A stretch of 63,881 bases of DNA, the filler included, from Folioceros fuciformis (Eukaryota), in the NCBI GenBank assembly GCA_049999805.1. It is 6 parts of 6 records of this genome, joined end to end, with 100 filler letters (N's around TTAATTAATTAA, not from the genome) between each part and the next. Parts side by side here need not be neighbours in the genome. Positions count along the whole stretch, not along the records: positions 37,187 to 52,961 come from JBNGIO010005876.1; 5 more parts are not named here. The stretch is one strand, 5' to 3'. Numbering within the stretch: the stretch's first letter is position 1; every line of letters starts with the position of its first letter. A program made the translations under genes and the position numbers. This document shows, piece after piece, positions 37,187-51,500 of the stretch. Under the pieces are notes generated by a model. It was not told the origin of the DNA and did not search any database. It saw nothing but the letters and a program-made list of their open reading frames with translations.

Positions 37187-38330
37187 GTATCTTATTGACC
37201 ATAGGGTTACTTCAAGGAATCATTCAGAGGCTGATGGTTTGGCGAAGAGAATGGTACAGACCTGCAAGAGGGCTTTGACAAAGTATTGTTTGGTAATGGA
37301 CAAGAGTGAGTGGGATAGGATGTTACCATTTCTTGCAATGGGTTATAGGATGAGCAGACAAGCGTTGTTGGGAAAGTTTTCGCCATACATGTTGTTGTTT
37401 GGGTGGAGGCCACAGTCATCTAGAATGTTGAAAGACAAGGTGAATGCTATAGGGGAGTTGGATGATCCTAATAAGTGGCTGAAGATAACTACACATAGGG
37501 CAGAGTTGTTTAAGAGAATCATGCCCATGGCAATGGATAACTTATTAATAGCTTAACATAGGGATGCATTGAGGTATAGGAAAACAAGGAGTGAGCATTG
37601 TAGACCTAAGGTGAAAACGTTTGAGGTGAGAGATTATATATATTTGCACAGGAAAACAATGACAACAATTGATACAAGTGCAAGTAGAATAATATTAAGA
37701 GAAGTGTGAAATTGAATGGAGTTTTGGAGTTGGAGGGATGAGATGGTACTACTTGTTTGGAGCACATGAAAAATTGTGTGCCATGTCATTTACCTCATTT
37801 AAACCCAATAATTGATGTGCAAGCTTTGGTACCAAAGAAGGGATTTGCTTGCACAGGCTGTGGAGACCCTGGAAAGGATCATTGCATGTTGGTGTGTCAT
37901 AGGTGCAATGATGGTTGGCATACTTTTTGTTTAGAGCGTCCATTAGAAGTAGTGCCTAATGGGCAATGGTTTTGTCCAATGTGCATGGCAGTTGATACGT
38001 CGTGAAGAGCAATGTGCTTAGCATGCATTGGAATGGGTTCAACTGACGAATTTTGGTGCAAATTTTGTTAATTCGTCTTGCCAACAAAAGATGGTCAGAA
38101 GATTAAGGGGGGAAGGTGATGATGTCATATTGAGGGAGGAGAAGTAGAGAAAGCTATCCCGTTCGTCGATCTCGTGTGTAATGAGCCACCAAAGAGTGGA
38201 AAGATGACCAGCAACCTTGGTGTGGTGTGCACGATGGGGAGAAAGCATCGAAGGGGAGGCATTTGTGTGCATTGTTGCAAGAATATACACGTATATCAAT
38301 ATAGCTGCTAGCCAGCCCATATATACATGA
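37187..38330 (+). mobile_element. Degenerate Ty3/gypsy retrotransposon 3' part: integrase core, C-terminal PHD finger, PPT and start of 3' LTR
   Basis: DGLAKRMVQTCKRAL...WDRMLPFLAMGYR...SPYMLLFG (integrase), then CTGC...CMLVCHRCNDGWHTFCL...VPNGQWFCPMC (PHD, C4HC3). A purine tract AAGGGGGGAAGG at 38105-38116 is followed by TG. The frame contains stops. The 3' limit is approximate. Confidence 0.82.
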
Positions 38331-38524
38331 ATTCATACTAAGTATATATAAAATATAAGCTAAGTTTAAATAGACTAAGAGTTGAATACATTTAGATGTT
38401 GAAAGGCAAGATCTCTTAAAGCACGATAACTCTTTTAACCTATGTTTGAACATGGTCTATGGTAATAAATATTTACCGTTGAAATTTTTTAAAAAACTAT
38501 TTAGTTGTTGAATGGACAATAAGG

Positions 38525-38925
38525 TCTTATGAACATATCACATGGATATGTGTTAAAAAATCCTAAAGAATATTGAAAATATAATATGAACACATTACAT
38601 AAATATGTGTAAAAAAATCTAAAATTTATAGTATCAAATAAATATGAAATATATTATATGAACACATCTCAAAGACATGTGTCAAAAGCAACCTTAAAAG
38701 TGTGATGCGAAATGAATTCAAAAGTATCATATGAACACATCTAATAGATATGTGTCAAAAAAAGCATAGCAAGTGCTATGTCAAATGAATTTGAAATATC
38801 ATACGAACATATTACATAGACATGTATTAAAAGAGACCTAAAAAGAGCGATGTCAAATGAATTTGAAAATGCCATGCAACCATGTAGTATGGACATGTGT
38901 AATAAAAACCCATGGCATGTCAAAT
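38525..38925. repeat. AT-rich degenerate tandem repeat (~60-70 bp unit)
   Basis: Recurring (A)TATGAACACAT...ACATGTGT..AAAAA units. Confidence 0.6.
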
Positions 38926-39072
38926 AAACTTAAGAAATAAAATTATGGTGCAAATGAATTGTTTTACAATGTATGTCAAAACGACAAAGCTTTATCTACT
39001 TATGAATACAAAGTGGAAATCATACTCATTATATATATCTCTCAAGCATAGCGACTAGCCTATTAATGGAGG

Positions 39073-39151
39073 AGATGAGACTTGACAAAGCTCATGAGCT
39101 ACTTAGAGAAGGGATGAGACTCGACAAAGCTCATGAGCTACTTAGAGAAGG
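39073..39151. repeat. Tandem duplication of ~40 bp
   Basis: gatgagact[t/c]gacaaagctcatgagctacttagagaagg occurs twice in tandem. Confidence 0.85.
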
Positions 39152-41378
39152 GTTCATTGTTGTTCCATCCCTTTCTCAAACTTAGGTTGTTCTTAACGAC
39201 ATAAGAAACTATAGAGATAAGTGTTGCTAATTGTAGTATGGAATACCAATTCGGACATGCTCTGTATAAGTATTTATACGGGAATATAGGTAGAATCTAC
39301 CACAAATTCTGAACCTAGCCACGGGACCTATATGTACACCGCAGAGGGATTTTTTTCTCATCACTATAACGGGGATGTGGACCGATATGGATACGTACTA
39401 TGTTTTTTATTTGGGTTCATGCACCCTCATCGTAAAAAATCAGGATGCCACACAGTGTTTTAAGATATACTACACACATATGAAACATGTCGGGAGTTTG
39501 CAAGGGTTAGGGTTTGGTAGTGTCTCAGAGATACACCGATTCCGATTGACATCGCCGTAAGACCCTCATGGCGAGAGACGATTCTCTGCCATGAGCGGCA
39601 CCTCGCCGTGGACGCACAGGTGTGTCATCCTTCTCCTCTAGAAGAGGAGCACACCCCAGATCAGGAAAGCTCGTGCCACTGCTTCCCCACCCTCCTTGTT
39701 GGCGAGAGGCTGAACCCAGAACTTCAATCCGCATCACCATCCCACCAGCCGTCTTGCTCTGCACCATTGCCTGGGGTCCCCCGGACATTATCACAAAGTT
39801 GGGGTCCCTGGATATTATCATAAGGTAGGTGTACCAATCGGGACCCCTAGATGGCACCTTACGACAGGAAAAAAGGAGATATGTTACTTCCAAAATGTTT
39901 GGATCATATACCGTGGCGTAAAACTTTGTGTGAAAGCTTGACAGTATCGGTCTTCCATATTATAGAACTATATATATATAGAACTAAATATATCATTAAT
40001 ATTATAAAACTACAAGTTGACTACAATTTTTACCATACTTTTATGATTATTATTATCATATACTCCTGATACTAATGATGGCGTAAGAGGGTTTCGAAAG
40101 GAACACCCTCCTAACCCCTGCTGCGTGTCGCATGCATGTACACGCATGGTCGTGTCTCCCTCTCAGGACTACAAGCGCTACTAAGTATCGTCCTGATAAC
40201 GGTTCTCGTAGATTACCAGGCAGTGTCATCACCGTCACGCCCAGCGAGTTACGGGAGCCTCCGGTTCCGATCACAGACTTGGTGAGTTGGGCCTTCCCAA
40301 GTGCCCTCCTCGGATGCACATGGAGACTAGGGTTTAGAGTGGAAATGGAGGAGCTTCAGCGGGAGCATGGATGTGTGCCTGGATGTTCTCAGCCAGCTTA
40401 GCGGCTCAACCAAGGCTCTGAATGGATTGTGGTCCGGGGCCAAGTTCGGCCTGTTTGCTGAAGTTGTGGGGACTGTTTTACAGATCTTGGAGTCGGAGCC
40501 AAGGTGAGAATACTTGAACCTGCTGGCTTCCATGTTCTGAATGTTACCGGGGAGCTGAACTGTTCTGGTGTTGGTGGCAGGGGCTCGGCTGCATTGGTCG
40601 TCGTGATGTGGGGCTCAACTTCTGCTCGCTCCCTTCACATTTGGAAGGAGCGGGAGTGGACTGTACGGAGGATCCGATTTCAAATTTCAGCAGCTGCGAC
40701 GTTCGTTGGTTTTGGATTGTGGCGTCAAGTAGAGCGTAATCATGAGGCAAGAGATTCAAGTTGCGTTTGCATAGGGGTACAGGATGTGTTTAATGCGACG
40801 CTGGTTGGAGTACTGATTGGAGCTCTGGTTGAGGTTCCTGACATGGTCCGGAACCGGATTATGGAGGATGTAGAGAATGTGCTTCTTGTGCCTCTTTGAA
40901 TGCGGACACCCCGAGTTGTGCCGGTTCACAAGAATATTGATTCCAACTTTTGGCAAGGGGCCGTTGTCTTCAGAGTTCAGACCGGGGCCGAGATTCCTTT
41001 CCACTCAAGCAGGACTCGGTGCTAATGCTTCCAAGTTCCTTCGAAAGCTCAGGATTGAACTTATCATTCTGAGATTGGTCTTTTACTCTAAAATAAAATA
41101 CAAAGTTTTTGCTGCCATATAGGATTCAAAATTATAAATGTTTAATAATATATAATTTAATAATATTATAAATATTTATTTATTTCACTGAAAAATATTT
41201 TTTATTTATTTGAAGCTATATATAGTACTTTTGTAACAAAATTGTGCATCCTCAACATGATTACTCTAGTCTCTTTGGNNNNNNNNNNNNNNNNNNNNNN
41301 NNNNNNNNNNNNNNNNNNNNNNNNNNNNNNNNNNNNNNNNNNNNNNNNNNNNNNNNNNNNNNNNNNNNNNNNNNNNNN

Positions 41379-42970
41379 TGATATATTGTGTTTAAACATA
41401 ATTGCACTCCCAAGATCTTCATAACCCACTACAAATTTTGATATATTGTGTTTAAACATAATTGCACTCCCAAGATCTTCATAACCCACTACAAATTTTG
41501 CTATGAATCTGGGACACACAATCTGCATAGGCAATCCATGTGACACATAAATACTCCATTTAAACAATTGAGCAACTTCTAAGGCAGGGGTTGCAACAAA
41601 CCTTACAAATTTGTCTACTCTACTTGATCGTGTTAATAGTCTACATAAGACTTCACATAGTCTACAATATGTTTATACATTCCAGGCCAATAAAACAATT
41701 TCTTCAACTTCTCATAAGTTGTCTCAATCCCCCGATGACTAGTTTTCGGCACCCCATGACATTTTGCAACCAACTTTCTTGATTCATAAGCCATTGGCCT
41801 ACCTTCTTGCACAAGCACTCCTTCAATTGTTGTATCTAAACATTATAGACTTGTATATGTTTCTTCAAATCATATATTGCTAATATTGGGGTAGTGCTAA
41901 GTTTCAACTTTAGAAACTCGAAATGCCCTCTAAAATTCTTCATCCAACTTCCAAACCTTAGCCTTCTTCAAAAAAAATCAGTTAATAGAGAAGCAATCTT
42001 GGGAAACATCGATACAAATCTTTTGTACACACTAGCCAATAAAAAAACGTACGCACCTCATGCACATTGCTTGGCAGCAACAACTCGATATAGCCTTCAC
42101 CTGATATATTGGCCCAAGATGATTTCATGATCATCCATATCTAAAATTGTCAAGCTTGTTTCTCTTATCTAATTGCCTATCTACAAAGGGACTTTTTGTA
42201 GCTGTTCTTTTGAAGTACTAGCTCATGTCAAACCAAGCTTACTTGTTTTGCTAGAAGAAATAAAATAATGTTTTCCTACTAGATCAAGTAATATCTTCAC
42301 TTATTCACCATTCACATATCCTTTTTTATATATGAGCTCTCCACCTGCCCTATGAATAATGTTTTCTTCGCTGATTCACCATTCACATATCCTTTTTTTA
42401 TATATGAGCTCTCCACCTGCCCTATAAATAATATTTTCCTAAGCATCATAAGTCTCACCACATGTAGCTTATGCAACATGTAGCCAATCCCATCATTTGG
42501 GATTCTCAAATCCGGATACTTCCATAATCCTCAGTCTTTGGGGCAGTGGGTTGTGTTCAACAACATTCAAAAGTCTTTTAAGCATTTGGGCATTCCTTTG
42601 CATAATGTCCTAGTTCTCCATGAGAAAAACAAACTCCTTTTCGAGAACCGATTGTTACTATTCTTTGAGCTCTATGCCCTTAGTGTGCTTGTTACTGTTC
42701 TTTGAGCTCTATGCCCTTAGTGTGCTTGTCGATTTCTTCCACGTAAGTTCCCTCTAGAGTTGCCTCTCGCAATTGTACTTCCTTCATTGTGTTTAGTAGT
42801 TTCTCTTCCAACACTACTAGAGGAAATTGTACTTCCTTCATTGTGTTTGGCAGTTTCTCTTCCAACACTACTAGAGGAAACTTTATGTTGCATATACCGT
42901 TCACAAGTATTGCATTGAAATCTTCCTGAGGAGTTGGATGTGGTTCAATGAATGGTATCTTAGATAACAT
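41379..42970 (-). mobile_element. Highly decayed Ty3/gypsy pol remnant with several local tandem duplications
   Basis: LVQEGRPMAYESRKL (RNase H) and HRGIETTYEKLKKLFYWPGMYKHIVDYVKS (integrase zinc-binding region). Tandem duplications at 41379-41500 (60 bp), ~42300-42440, ~42650-42730 and ~42770-42880. Confidence 0.7.
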
Positions 42971-43057
42971 CTATCGCTATTATGGCTTATGTCAAGGTCA
43001 TTGGATTGTACAATTGAATTTCATTAGCAACCTAATCCTTCAAACCAACCATGAAGC

Positions 43058-43625
43058 GATATAGTTTGTCAAATTCACTCATTGAAGTATAATGCATAAC
43101 AGCTTCAATAAAGGCACTTACGTGATATACTTTGTCAAATTTATTCATTGAAGTATAATACATAATAGCTTCACTTTGTCAAATTTATTTATTAAAGTAT
43201 AATGCATAACAGCTTCAATAAAAACACTTACTGATATAGTTTGTCAAATTTATTCATTGAAGTATGGTACATAACAGCTTTACTTTGTCAAATTTATTCA
43301 TTGAAGTATAATACATAACAGCTTCAATAAAGGCACTTACTGATATAGTTTATCAAATTTATTCATTAAAGTATAATGCATTATCAAATTTATTCATTAA
43401 AGTATAATGCATAACAGCTTCAATGAAGGCACTTACGTGATATAGTTTATCAAATTCACTCATTAAAGTATAATGCATAACAACTTCAACGAAGGCACTT
43501 ACATTTTCTCGTACAATACCTATCTACTTTATATTATTAAGCCGATTAAAATATGAAGTATTCACTGGATAATACCTATCTATTTTATATTATTAAGCCG
43601 ATTAAAACGTGAAGAATTCACTCGT
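43058..43625. repeat. AT-rich minisatellite
   Basis: About 9 variant copies of TTGTCAAATTTATTCATTGAAGTATAATGCATAACAGCTTC, then a duplicated AATACCTATCTA...AAGCCGATTAAAA unit. Confidence 0.85.
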
Positions 43626-46600
43626 TCGAGGCTTCTTTGAAAGATGCCAATCTATGATAGTATGAGCTCTATCACCCTAGGCTTCCCTGCTGAAGATGCA
43701 TGTGGATGCTTCTTCCTCAACACATGCTTCTTTCTTCTTCGAGCAAAGGTAGGCTTTGTGGGGGGATGGACTATGGAGAGAAAGCTGTGAAGAAATTGGA
43801 GAGCAAACGTGTCAAAGAGCTAAGAGTGTTCCGACGCAGGGGATTACCCTGTCGGTGGTGAAACAAAACTTCTTATTAGCTGCACAGGGGAAGGAGGCAG
43901 AGACGTGCCGTGTGCTTCCCATGCACGAAATCTCTGTTTCCTTTTGCAGACACGAGTGGGCAGCCTGGTTAAGTGGCAAAGGGCCCTTTTGAAGCACCCG
44001 GGCCGGGCCCAGGGAAAATTCGTCGACACCAGCTGAGTACATATCTTGCTCCAGAAAGATCTGAAGTGCCCCGCAAAATGCGGGCAAGGAAGGGAAGGAA
44101 GCAGTTGTGCATCACCATCTGTACCTTCCCCCTTCATGCTGTGGAAACTTCTGTAAAGAATTCTAGATTTTTTAGTTCTGCTATGGTCACTGAGACAAGT
44201 TACAAGGACCAACGTCACCTGCCAGCGGATGGAACATGAATTAGCTCTCACGGTGGGGCTGGGTCCTGTGGAGCTCACTTACAGCGTACAGATCATTGAG
44301 CTGTCGACAATGAATTCGCATTTATGGTTCCACATAATGCTCAGTACCAGCCTGCAATGATCATTCGGCTGCGCCATCTCGTCCACATCCCAACCGCAAA
44401 GAAGCATGGGAATACGAACTGAACCATCCGGCCAAGGCGCCAAGGATGGACAGACACGTGCAGAGGATGCAAGGAGCTCCTCTGACACTGGGGAGATGGG
44501 AACTTACGAACTTACCTGCGACAATTTTTGATTACCAGGTTGGAGCTGAAGCCGGAGTTGGACGGGTGGAGCCCAATCGAATCGTCGGCAACATGTGGCG
44601 TGGTGGATGGAAGTTGGAACCAACCCAACTGAGCCCGCTGAACAGTGACTTGCAACGATACTCCTGCAGGGGCCCCGGCAGACAAAGGTGACAGATAACG
44701 TGGTTGAGGTTGGCAGCCTGGTACTGTACATTCCGGGAAGTGGCTTGTGTTGTGGATCGATCGAAGCAGTGTAGACTATCCTCGTGGGACGGTGGGAGAC
44801 ATGGGACGATATGCAGGTAATGGCCCACATGGATTTGCAGGGAGGTAGGCGGAGGCCGGCGATGAGCATAATTGTTGGTGGTGCGTGTTGTTGGAGTTCG
44901 TAGCCCTCATCACTTCTTCGTGTCCAGGACGAGAATGATCTGCAACATTGATCATGCTACACTACCGTCCTGGTGTACTCCGCTGAACACGACACCTTTC
45001 AAAACACAACCAATGTCATCCCTCCGCATGTACAGTTGAGCCCAATCGTTGACTGCAGCCCAGCCGAACATGTCCTGTAAGAAAATTGTTGTGCGCAAAC
45101 AAAGAACACATCACAAATCTCCTGAGAACAAATACGACCTAAAAATGAGCTGCATGACCTAGAATCTCAACAGCAACAGTAGAGCGGAAGCGGAAGCGTA
45201 ATCCAGCCAGCACAGTAGCGATGGCATTGACCCGTCCAAACCCTAATCACTGGCTCACAAAGATCCGTTCTGAAACTTGCTCATCGAGCCATCTCTACAG
45301 GGCCCACTCACTCCACGGGGCACATGCACTGGGACATCTGCAAGCCAGACAAGGCAACGCTGCGTGTGTGGAGTGGATAAGTAACAATCGGAATACAGGA
45401 AGGACGAACCAAGTGCGCCTGCCAGCCAGCCAGCAACTAGTACTACTGTACAAGAGTGAATTCCAGTCGGATTCAGATATTTCACCGGCTCCCAACAACG
45501 CAACAAGCCTGATGCAAGTCCAGTCGCTAACGAAAGCCAGTCCTGGACAATTCCATGGTTTGAAAACCATTCCCCCGAGCTTCACCCGTCACCTGTTGCC
45601 ACAACACACGGTGAAGCGGCCACACGCCGGGGCCCGATTCGGGCGCGCGTCTCACAGCACCGGAACGAGGAGGAAGGTGAAAAGCGTTGGCAGCTGGTAA
45701 CTTGTACAGGAATCCCGTACAGGGTTGGTTTCACCTGCCAGCGGCCCGGAACGGGCCTCTGCACATCATGCATTTTACTGCTCCACGTCTCCGTTGCGTG
45801 GCTGCTCTTATCTTTTACAATACATTTTGTTGATTCGACGCATCATCGGGATCGGGTCGGCGCGCCGGGCACGGATGGGACCGCGCGCCGCCCGGGCCGC
45901 TGGCGCATGGCCTCCCCACCGTATGTACAATATGTGTATGGTCTGGAGTAGAACCGGCCACAGACTGGCCTACGGATCGCGCATGTCTGTCTCCATCGAG
46001 AGTGTTTCACGGACAGCAACGGTCCACGGTAACTGTGGGAACCGGGACTCGTATCCGGTCAAGATGCCGGCGTGGAAGATTCCAGTAGGAGAAGCGGGAG
46101 GCGATCGAGGAGCCCGGAGCCGGTCCCGGTCACTCGTGGTCTTTCCCTTTCTTTTCTTTTCTTGTCAGCGGGGAGCGACGTCACGCTCCAGCGCCTTCCT
46201 CATCAATGCCGGGGCCCGGCGCATGTACCTCCCCGCGGTCGCGGCAAGTGAAATACATCTTGGGAATTGAGGCAGCGTGAATGCGAGTAGAGAGAGAAAG
46301 TAGGGAGAGAAGGTAGGGGAGAGAAGGTGTGGCAGGCCCGAGTGCCATGGAGCGCGCGCCCGCTCCTTGTTTGTAGCCGCGCTGCCATTCCGGTTTTGTG
46401 GCAGAGCCAATCCAGCGTCCTGACTCTGTGCTTGCGGCTGCTGTTTCTGCGCTCTTCCGTAGGCAGGCGGGTCGCTGCTTCGGGATTGTTTTTGTGTCTG
46501 TGTGCATTTGTGAGACTGAGACTGAGACAGACTACCTGTCTCTCCTCTCTGTCTGGACAGATTTGATGCAGTCAGTTGTGTCCAGTTTTCGGATTGTGTA

Positions 46601-46925
46601 CCTGTACGAGTGCGTGAGAGAAGAAGGTTGAGGACGGTGTGATGAAATGTCGCAGCTGATTTCCTAGAGGTTTCGGGGCTGAGGTGAAGGAGGGCGGATT
46701 GAATTTTCGGCGAAGTGCATGGAGGCATCCCTGTGGTCGACTCTGGAGATTCTTTCTCAGAGGTGAAGATCTAAGCACATTGTGAAGCGGTTTTCGGGTC
46801 TGGGCTTGGTGGAGGACGGGTATGGATTTTTGTGCTTGCTGAAAGTTACGGCATTGCGAGGAGGAAGCGGGAGCTGGGGGAGAGTAAATTATTGACTTTG
46901 TGGTGTGGGAGTCCGGAGTCTGGGG

Positions 46926-47760
46926 ATGGGGAACTGTCAAGCGACCACAGCTGCCGCTGTGGAAGTGGAGCATTCAGACGGCAAGAAGGAGAGGTTTTAC
47001 TGGCCAGTGTCCGCTAGGCAACTCATGCTGCAGAACCCGGGGCATTACGTAGCTGTCTTCTCGCAGCAGCTACCTGGCTACGCGGGCTATGGGAGTCACT
47101 CCTACTTGCTTGGCACCCCCGATTCCGCCTACGATTCGAACTCTGGCTCCCGGTCGAGGGGCAGGACGAAGGAGGAACAAAGCAGAACGAAGCTGAAGTT
47201 GATGCCTCCTGATGCGATTTTACTTGTCGGCAGCTCTTATCGGCTCGTCACGTTCGAAGGTGAGCTGTCCTGCTGGCTTTCTTTCGGCGCTGTTCCGGTT
47301 GCGAGGTCGGGGGTGGTGCAACTTTCACTAGGAATCGCAGCTTATGTGGGCGCGTGGCCTATTCGTTTTGCAGAAGCTGTGCAAGTATCGCGCGGAAAGC
47401 GGAACAGCATCACTCCCACCAAGCACAAGGTCCACCCTGATGTGCCCGTAACTGAGGAGCCCGCACAGGATAGCCCTGGTGGTCAAGAAGAGGAAGTTGT
47501 GCACGAGGTAAAGTATTCCAGTCTTTGCGGACGAGACGCCGGCCATAGCTTTTCTGTCGCACGCCTTTTCCTTTCCCAACCTCGAGGCACTCCTGGACCA
47601 ACTTTCTTGACCATTTCACTGTCTTTTCCTGTTTTCGGTACAGGACGAGGATGACGAAGCTCTGATGGCCACCGTCACAATGCAAACCGCGTTTGCTCGA
47701 TCCATGGGGCGCCAGCAGTGGCGACCTGCGCTGCAGAGCATCGCTGAAGTGGGATGGTAG
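46926..47760 (+). CDS. PADRE / DUF4228 family protein (3 exons: 46926-47259, 47374-47507, 47644-47760)
   Basis: N-terminal MGNC (myristoylation/palmitoylation-type), VEHSDGKKERFYWPVSARQLMLQNPGHYV, KLMPPDAILLVGSSYRLVTFE and C-terminal WRPALQSIAE. Confidence 0.9.
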
Positions 47761-48533
47761 CATTTCAGGCTGGCGGACCCCTCGGCTGTACAAAATTTGT
47801 GGCTTGGATAGGATTGCTTTCATGGTTGCGGCTGGCAGCTGGAATCTGGCTTTCCAAGTATCCGGCTGGATAGGCGGTAGAGTTTGGAAGAGTGCAGGAG
47901 GAGCAGCAGCTCCCTCGCTCAGCAAATTTTTGTCTCGTATGGCTGAACGGAACGTGCCGTAGATTCGAAGGGTTCTAGCCACTGGACTTCCCACTTTCTG
48001 GTGCTGAGATCTGCCAGCAAACCACGCTGCCAGACTTTCAGAGCTTGTCAGTCTACAGTGAAACTCAATCTGTAAGATTTGCTTTTACTTTTTCGTCTGT
48101 CAAACTCCGAAGTGAACGTCTCTGTTACCCGAGGTGACGTATGTGGCAACAGTGTTGTCTATGTCCCACACGGTTTCCACTAGGTGAGCACACCAGAGAG
48201 TAACGTGCATATCTAAACGAACCAGCCTTGTATTGGCCTGATGTATCATCCATGGCCCACCTTTCTTCCATTTTTAGGTGACTTTGTATGTGACAAGCCC
48301 CGACCCAATACGTATATTTGGTTCTCAAGTTATGTGAGAAGTTGACCCGATACAATTCCACGGTTATATCTGATATATATTCCAAAACTATATCTGTTGT
48401 CTATCCCAATGGTTGGAGTCAGTCAGGGTACCTAACACATACAGTGGTAGTAACTCTTAACAGCTGATGTCTTTCATTGAAAATTTACTGAATCCTCCAC
48501 CGCTCACCGAGATGGTGCTCACCGAGACGAACG

Positions 48534-51500
48534 TCACACAAAGTACTGAAGAATTTGCTCCGCCAGTTCCTGCAGACGATCAAATCCAACCCACCTATGG
48601 GCCAAGAAACATCTATACAGCATGCCGAAGACGAAACGAAGCAACATACATGGAAGTCGAAAATGAAACCCTGCGTGTGCGGACACAAACCTGCTTTCCA
48701 GAAGACAGAGGAGGCTCTTCCGATTGCAACGCTACCTTCTCCAGATCTTCGAATGTGGCCGTGCCAGCCTGCAGCCGTGCACATTTTCTTGCTCTTAACG
48801 GTGCCATGTTCAAATCAAACGCACTATAGCAACTGAGATGGTAAGGTAGGCTTACCTCAATGGATTTCCCAAGCTCTGTATTGAAACTCGCGTACCTCCT
48901 CTCCACAAGATTGGTTAACGATCCGTCCTGACATCACACGTTCCGTTCAGCTCCCGTTCCACAGAACACCAGAGGAAGAAGAAATCCAGAGCACTGACCT
49001 CGAGGAGTCTGGCAGCATTTCTTAGACCTCGCGCAAGACTATCCATACCGACAATGTGTGCAATGAACAAGTCCTCCACATCGATGCTCTCCCTCCTCCT
49101 GAACAGTCGCACAGAGTCGTTCAATGAAGCTGCCATAGCCATTCGGGCAATGAGCTCACCGCAGAATCAGGTATACTTGGCATTACTTACAACTTAGCGT
49201 CGAAGTTGAAACCGCCGGGTGCAAGGCCTCCCTGCGCAAACGTGAACAGCCACCGAATCCGTGAGAAAATATGAGGTAAGGCACGTTGCCTACTTCTGCA
49301 GAAACAGTCTCGTTGGAGGTGGGAGAAAGCTTGGGATACATACATTTTTCAAGACGGTAAGCATGACCAAAGTTGCTTCTTCAGCGTTCGTGAGGAACTG
49401 GTCAGTATCCCAACCTGCAGAAGCATGACCGTCACAAACTGTTTGTGAAACCAGCCAGGAGGAAGATTCTGGTTTGATCAAGGAAACCGTTACCTGTCTG
49501 AGCATCTCCGGTATTGGCATCAATGTTACCCAGCATTCCATAGATGCGAGATACCTCCAATTCATGGTGGCAGCTGCAAGAGAACAGTTGATGTCATCAG
49601 ACACATACAGGAGTTCGGTCTAGACCCTGTTTTCCGTCTTGCAGGAGACACTACCTGTGGCCGGAAAGAGTGGCGTGATTGCATTCAATGTTGAGCTTGA
49701 ACTCATCTGCATGCACGAGGATTTATCTTGAATTCAATGACTACTCCAATTTGGGCTTCGAAGGGGTTTACACAAAACCTTGCCGAGGATCAGGAACATC
49801 ATACCTGCAAGTCCATATGTCCGGAGAAATCCCATGGTAGTTGCGGCATCCCAATCATACCTATTGCACAGGGTGACAGGCATGAACTATGTCAGAAACG
49901 TTGATAAGGAGAACGTTGCTACGTATGTGCGCTGGTGGTTCGAATGCTGTGCGTCCATACTGATGTTTGGTTGGCTCCTGGGGCTTTGGTTCGATCAACA
50001 GAGTTCCTGTATCACAAGCCAGAAGCAGATGTCACTTAAAAATCACATGGTTCTGAAAATTGGGAATGCGGATCGGCAATGGAACACACCTTTGAAGCCA
50101 ATCTTCTTCTTCCAGTCAACAGCGGCGCTCAAGAAACGAGCCTGCAAGCGTGACATATGTCAAAAACAGCACACATGGCCTTCTACATTGAACATTGTAA
50201 TGCCTCAGGATAGACAAAACATCAAAGAGCTGCTTGGAGACGGCAGTAACCATGTGATCGAGCTCCTTCTTCAAGTCTGTGTTAAGCAAGGTCTGGTACC
50301 CTTCTCGCCCTCCCCAGAAGACGTAGTTCTCCCCTCCAAGTTCCTTCGTCACCTGCCTCCGATCATAAGGCTCCCACCACTCCATCAGATGACGTCACGA
50401 CACAGACTGAACAACATGACTCATGACTGAATATTCAGCTGTTTCCTATTACCTCTATAGCTTTCTTCACTTGTGCAGCTCCATAGGCAAAGACTCGAAC
50501 ATCTGGACTGCACAGGGACAGACAACAAGTCAAACCCAGTCAACGTACGAAAAGTACTTGCCCATGCAACTCCAAGAGCTCATAGGAGATGCTGGCACCT
50601 AGTGGCAGCGCCATGCATGTATCGAGGATGTTTGAATAGCTGTGCTGTGCCCCACAACGGATGTATGTTGGTTTTTTTCTGCATCCAGGAACAATCATGG
50701 TGATTTCGTCCTGGATGCAACAGTGCTACCCCAAGGTTAGGCGATCCTCTAGTACCTGGAGTTCTTTAGCAAGAGCAACGACCTTATCAAGGTTCGAGTT
50801 GGATTCCTGGAAATACAAGGTGTGAGGCTCAGCAGTTAAAGGCATGCGCCTGTGAAAGAGAAATGCACAGCTATCAAGCTTTGTAGGACCTCCAGGGTGG
50901 CCCCTTCAGGAGCTATGTCCCGATCGTGAAAGCACCACAACTCCACTCCCAGCTTTTGCAGAAATTCGAAGTTCGCTCTCACTGGAGACACGTCATCCTC
51001 CAATTAAAATCCACCGAAAATGTTTCCTTACCAGACACACAGCCAGTGTTCTACGTGTGGCGAAAAGTCTCAACAAACTCACTTCTTGTGAGAGCGTTGG
51101 AAACAGAGTCTGTGCCATCATCCCATGGCCACCTCTTGGTAGGCGAACCAAAAGGATCGCCTCCATCGCCTCGGAAAGTGTGCCAAAAGGCCACACTGAA
51201 CCTCAGCCAGTCCTGCAACATGAAAATTTGTGCCACAACCTGAGAGCAAGCCCAAGGCAAAGACGCCGAGTCTCAGCATTCAAGGAATGAACCCACCTTC
51301 ATCTTTTTCCCAGCAATTTCTTCTTCAGCGTTGTACCACTTGAAAGCCAGAGGATTTCTGCTGGATGGTCCCTGACGAGGGACATCCCACCAAAAATAGA
51401 ATCAGTGCACAGAACCCACACAGCGACAGCATGTTTGCCTCCCCACCAGACGCTGATCAACTAGTACCTCATATTTTATGCGACTGATGTTCGGGAAGAA

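Noticed and set aside
39362-39523. Possible CACTA element (CACTA...TAGTG)
   Set aside because: The ends match only over the 5-bp core, with no extended TIR, convincing TSD or transposase.
43058-43500. Repeat arrays here and at 52419-52710 and 62445-62520 as possible CRISPR arrays
   Set aside because: Eukaryotic context, degenerate head-to-tail units without unique spacers, and no cas genes.
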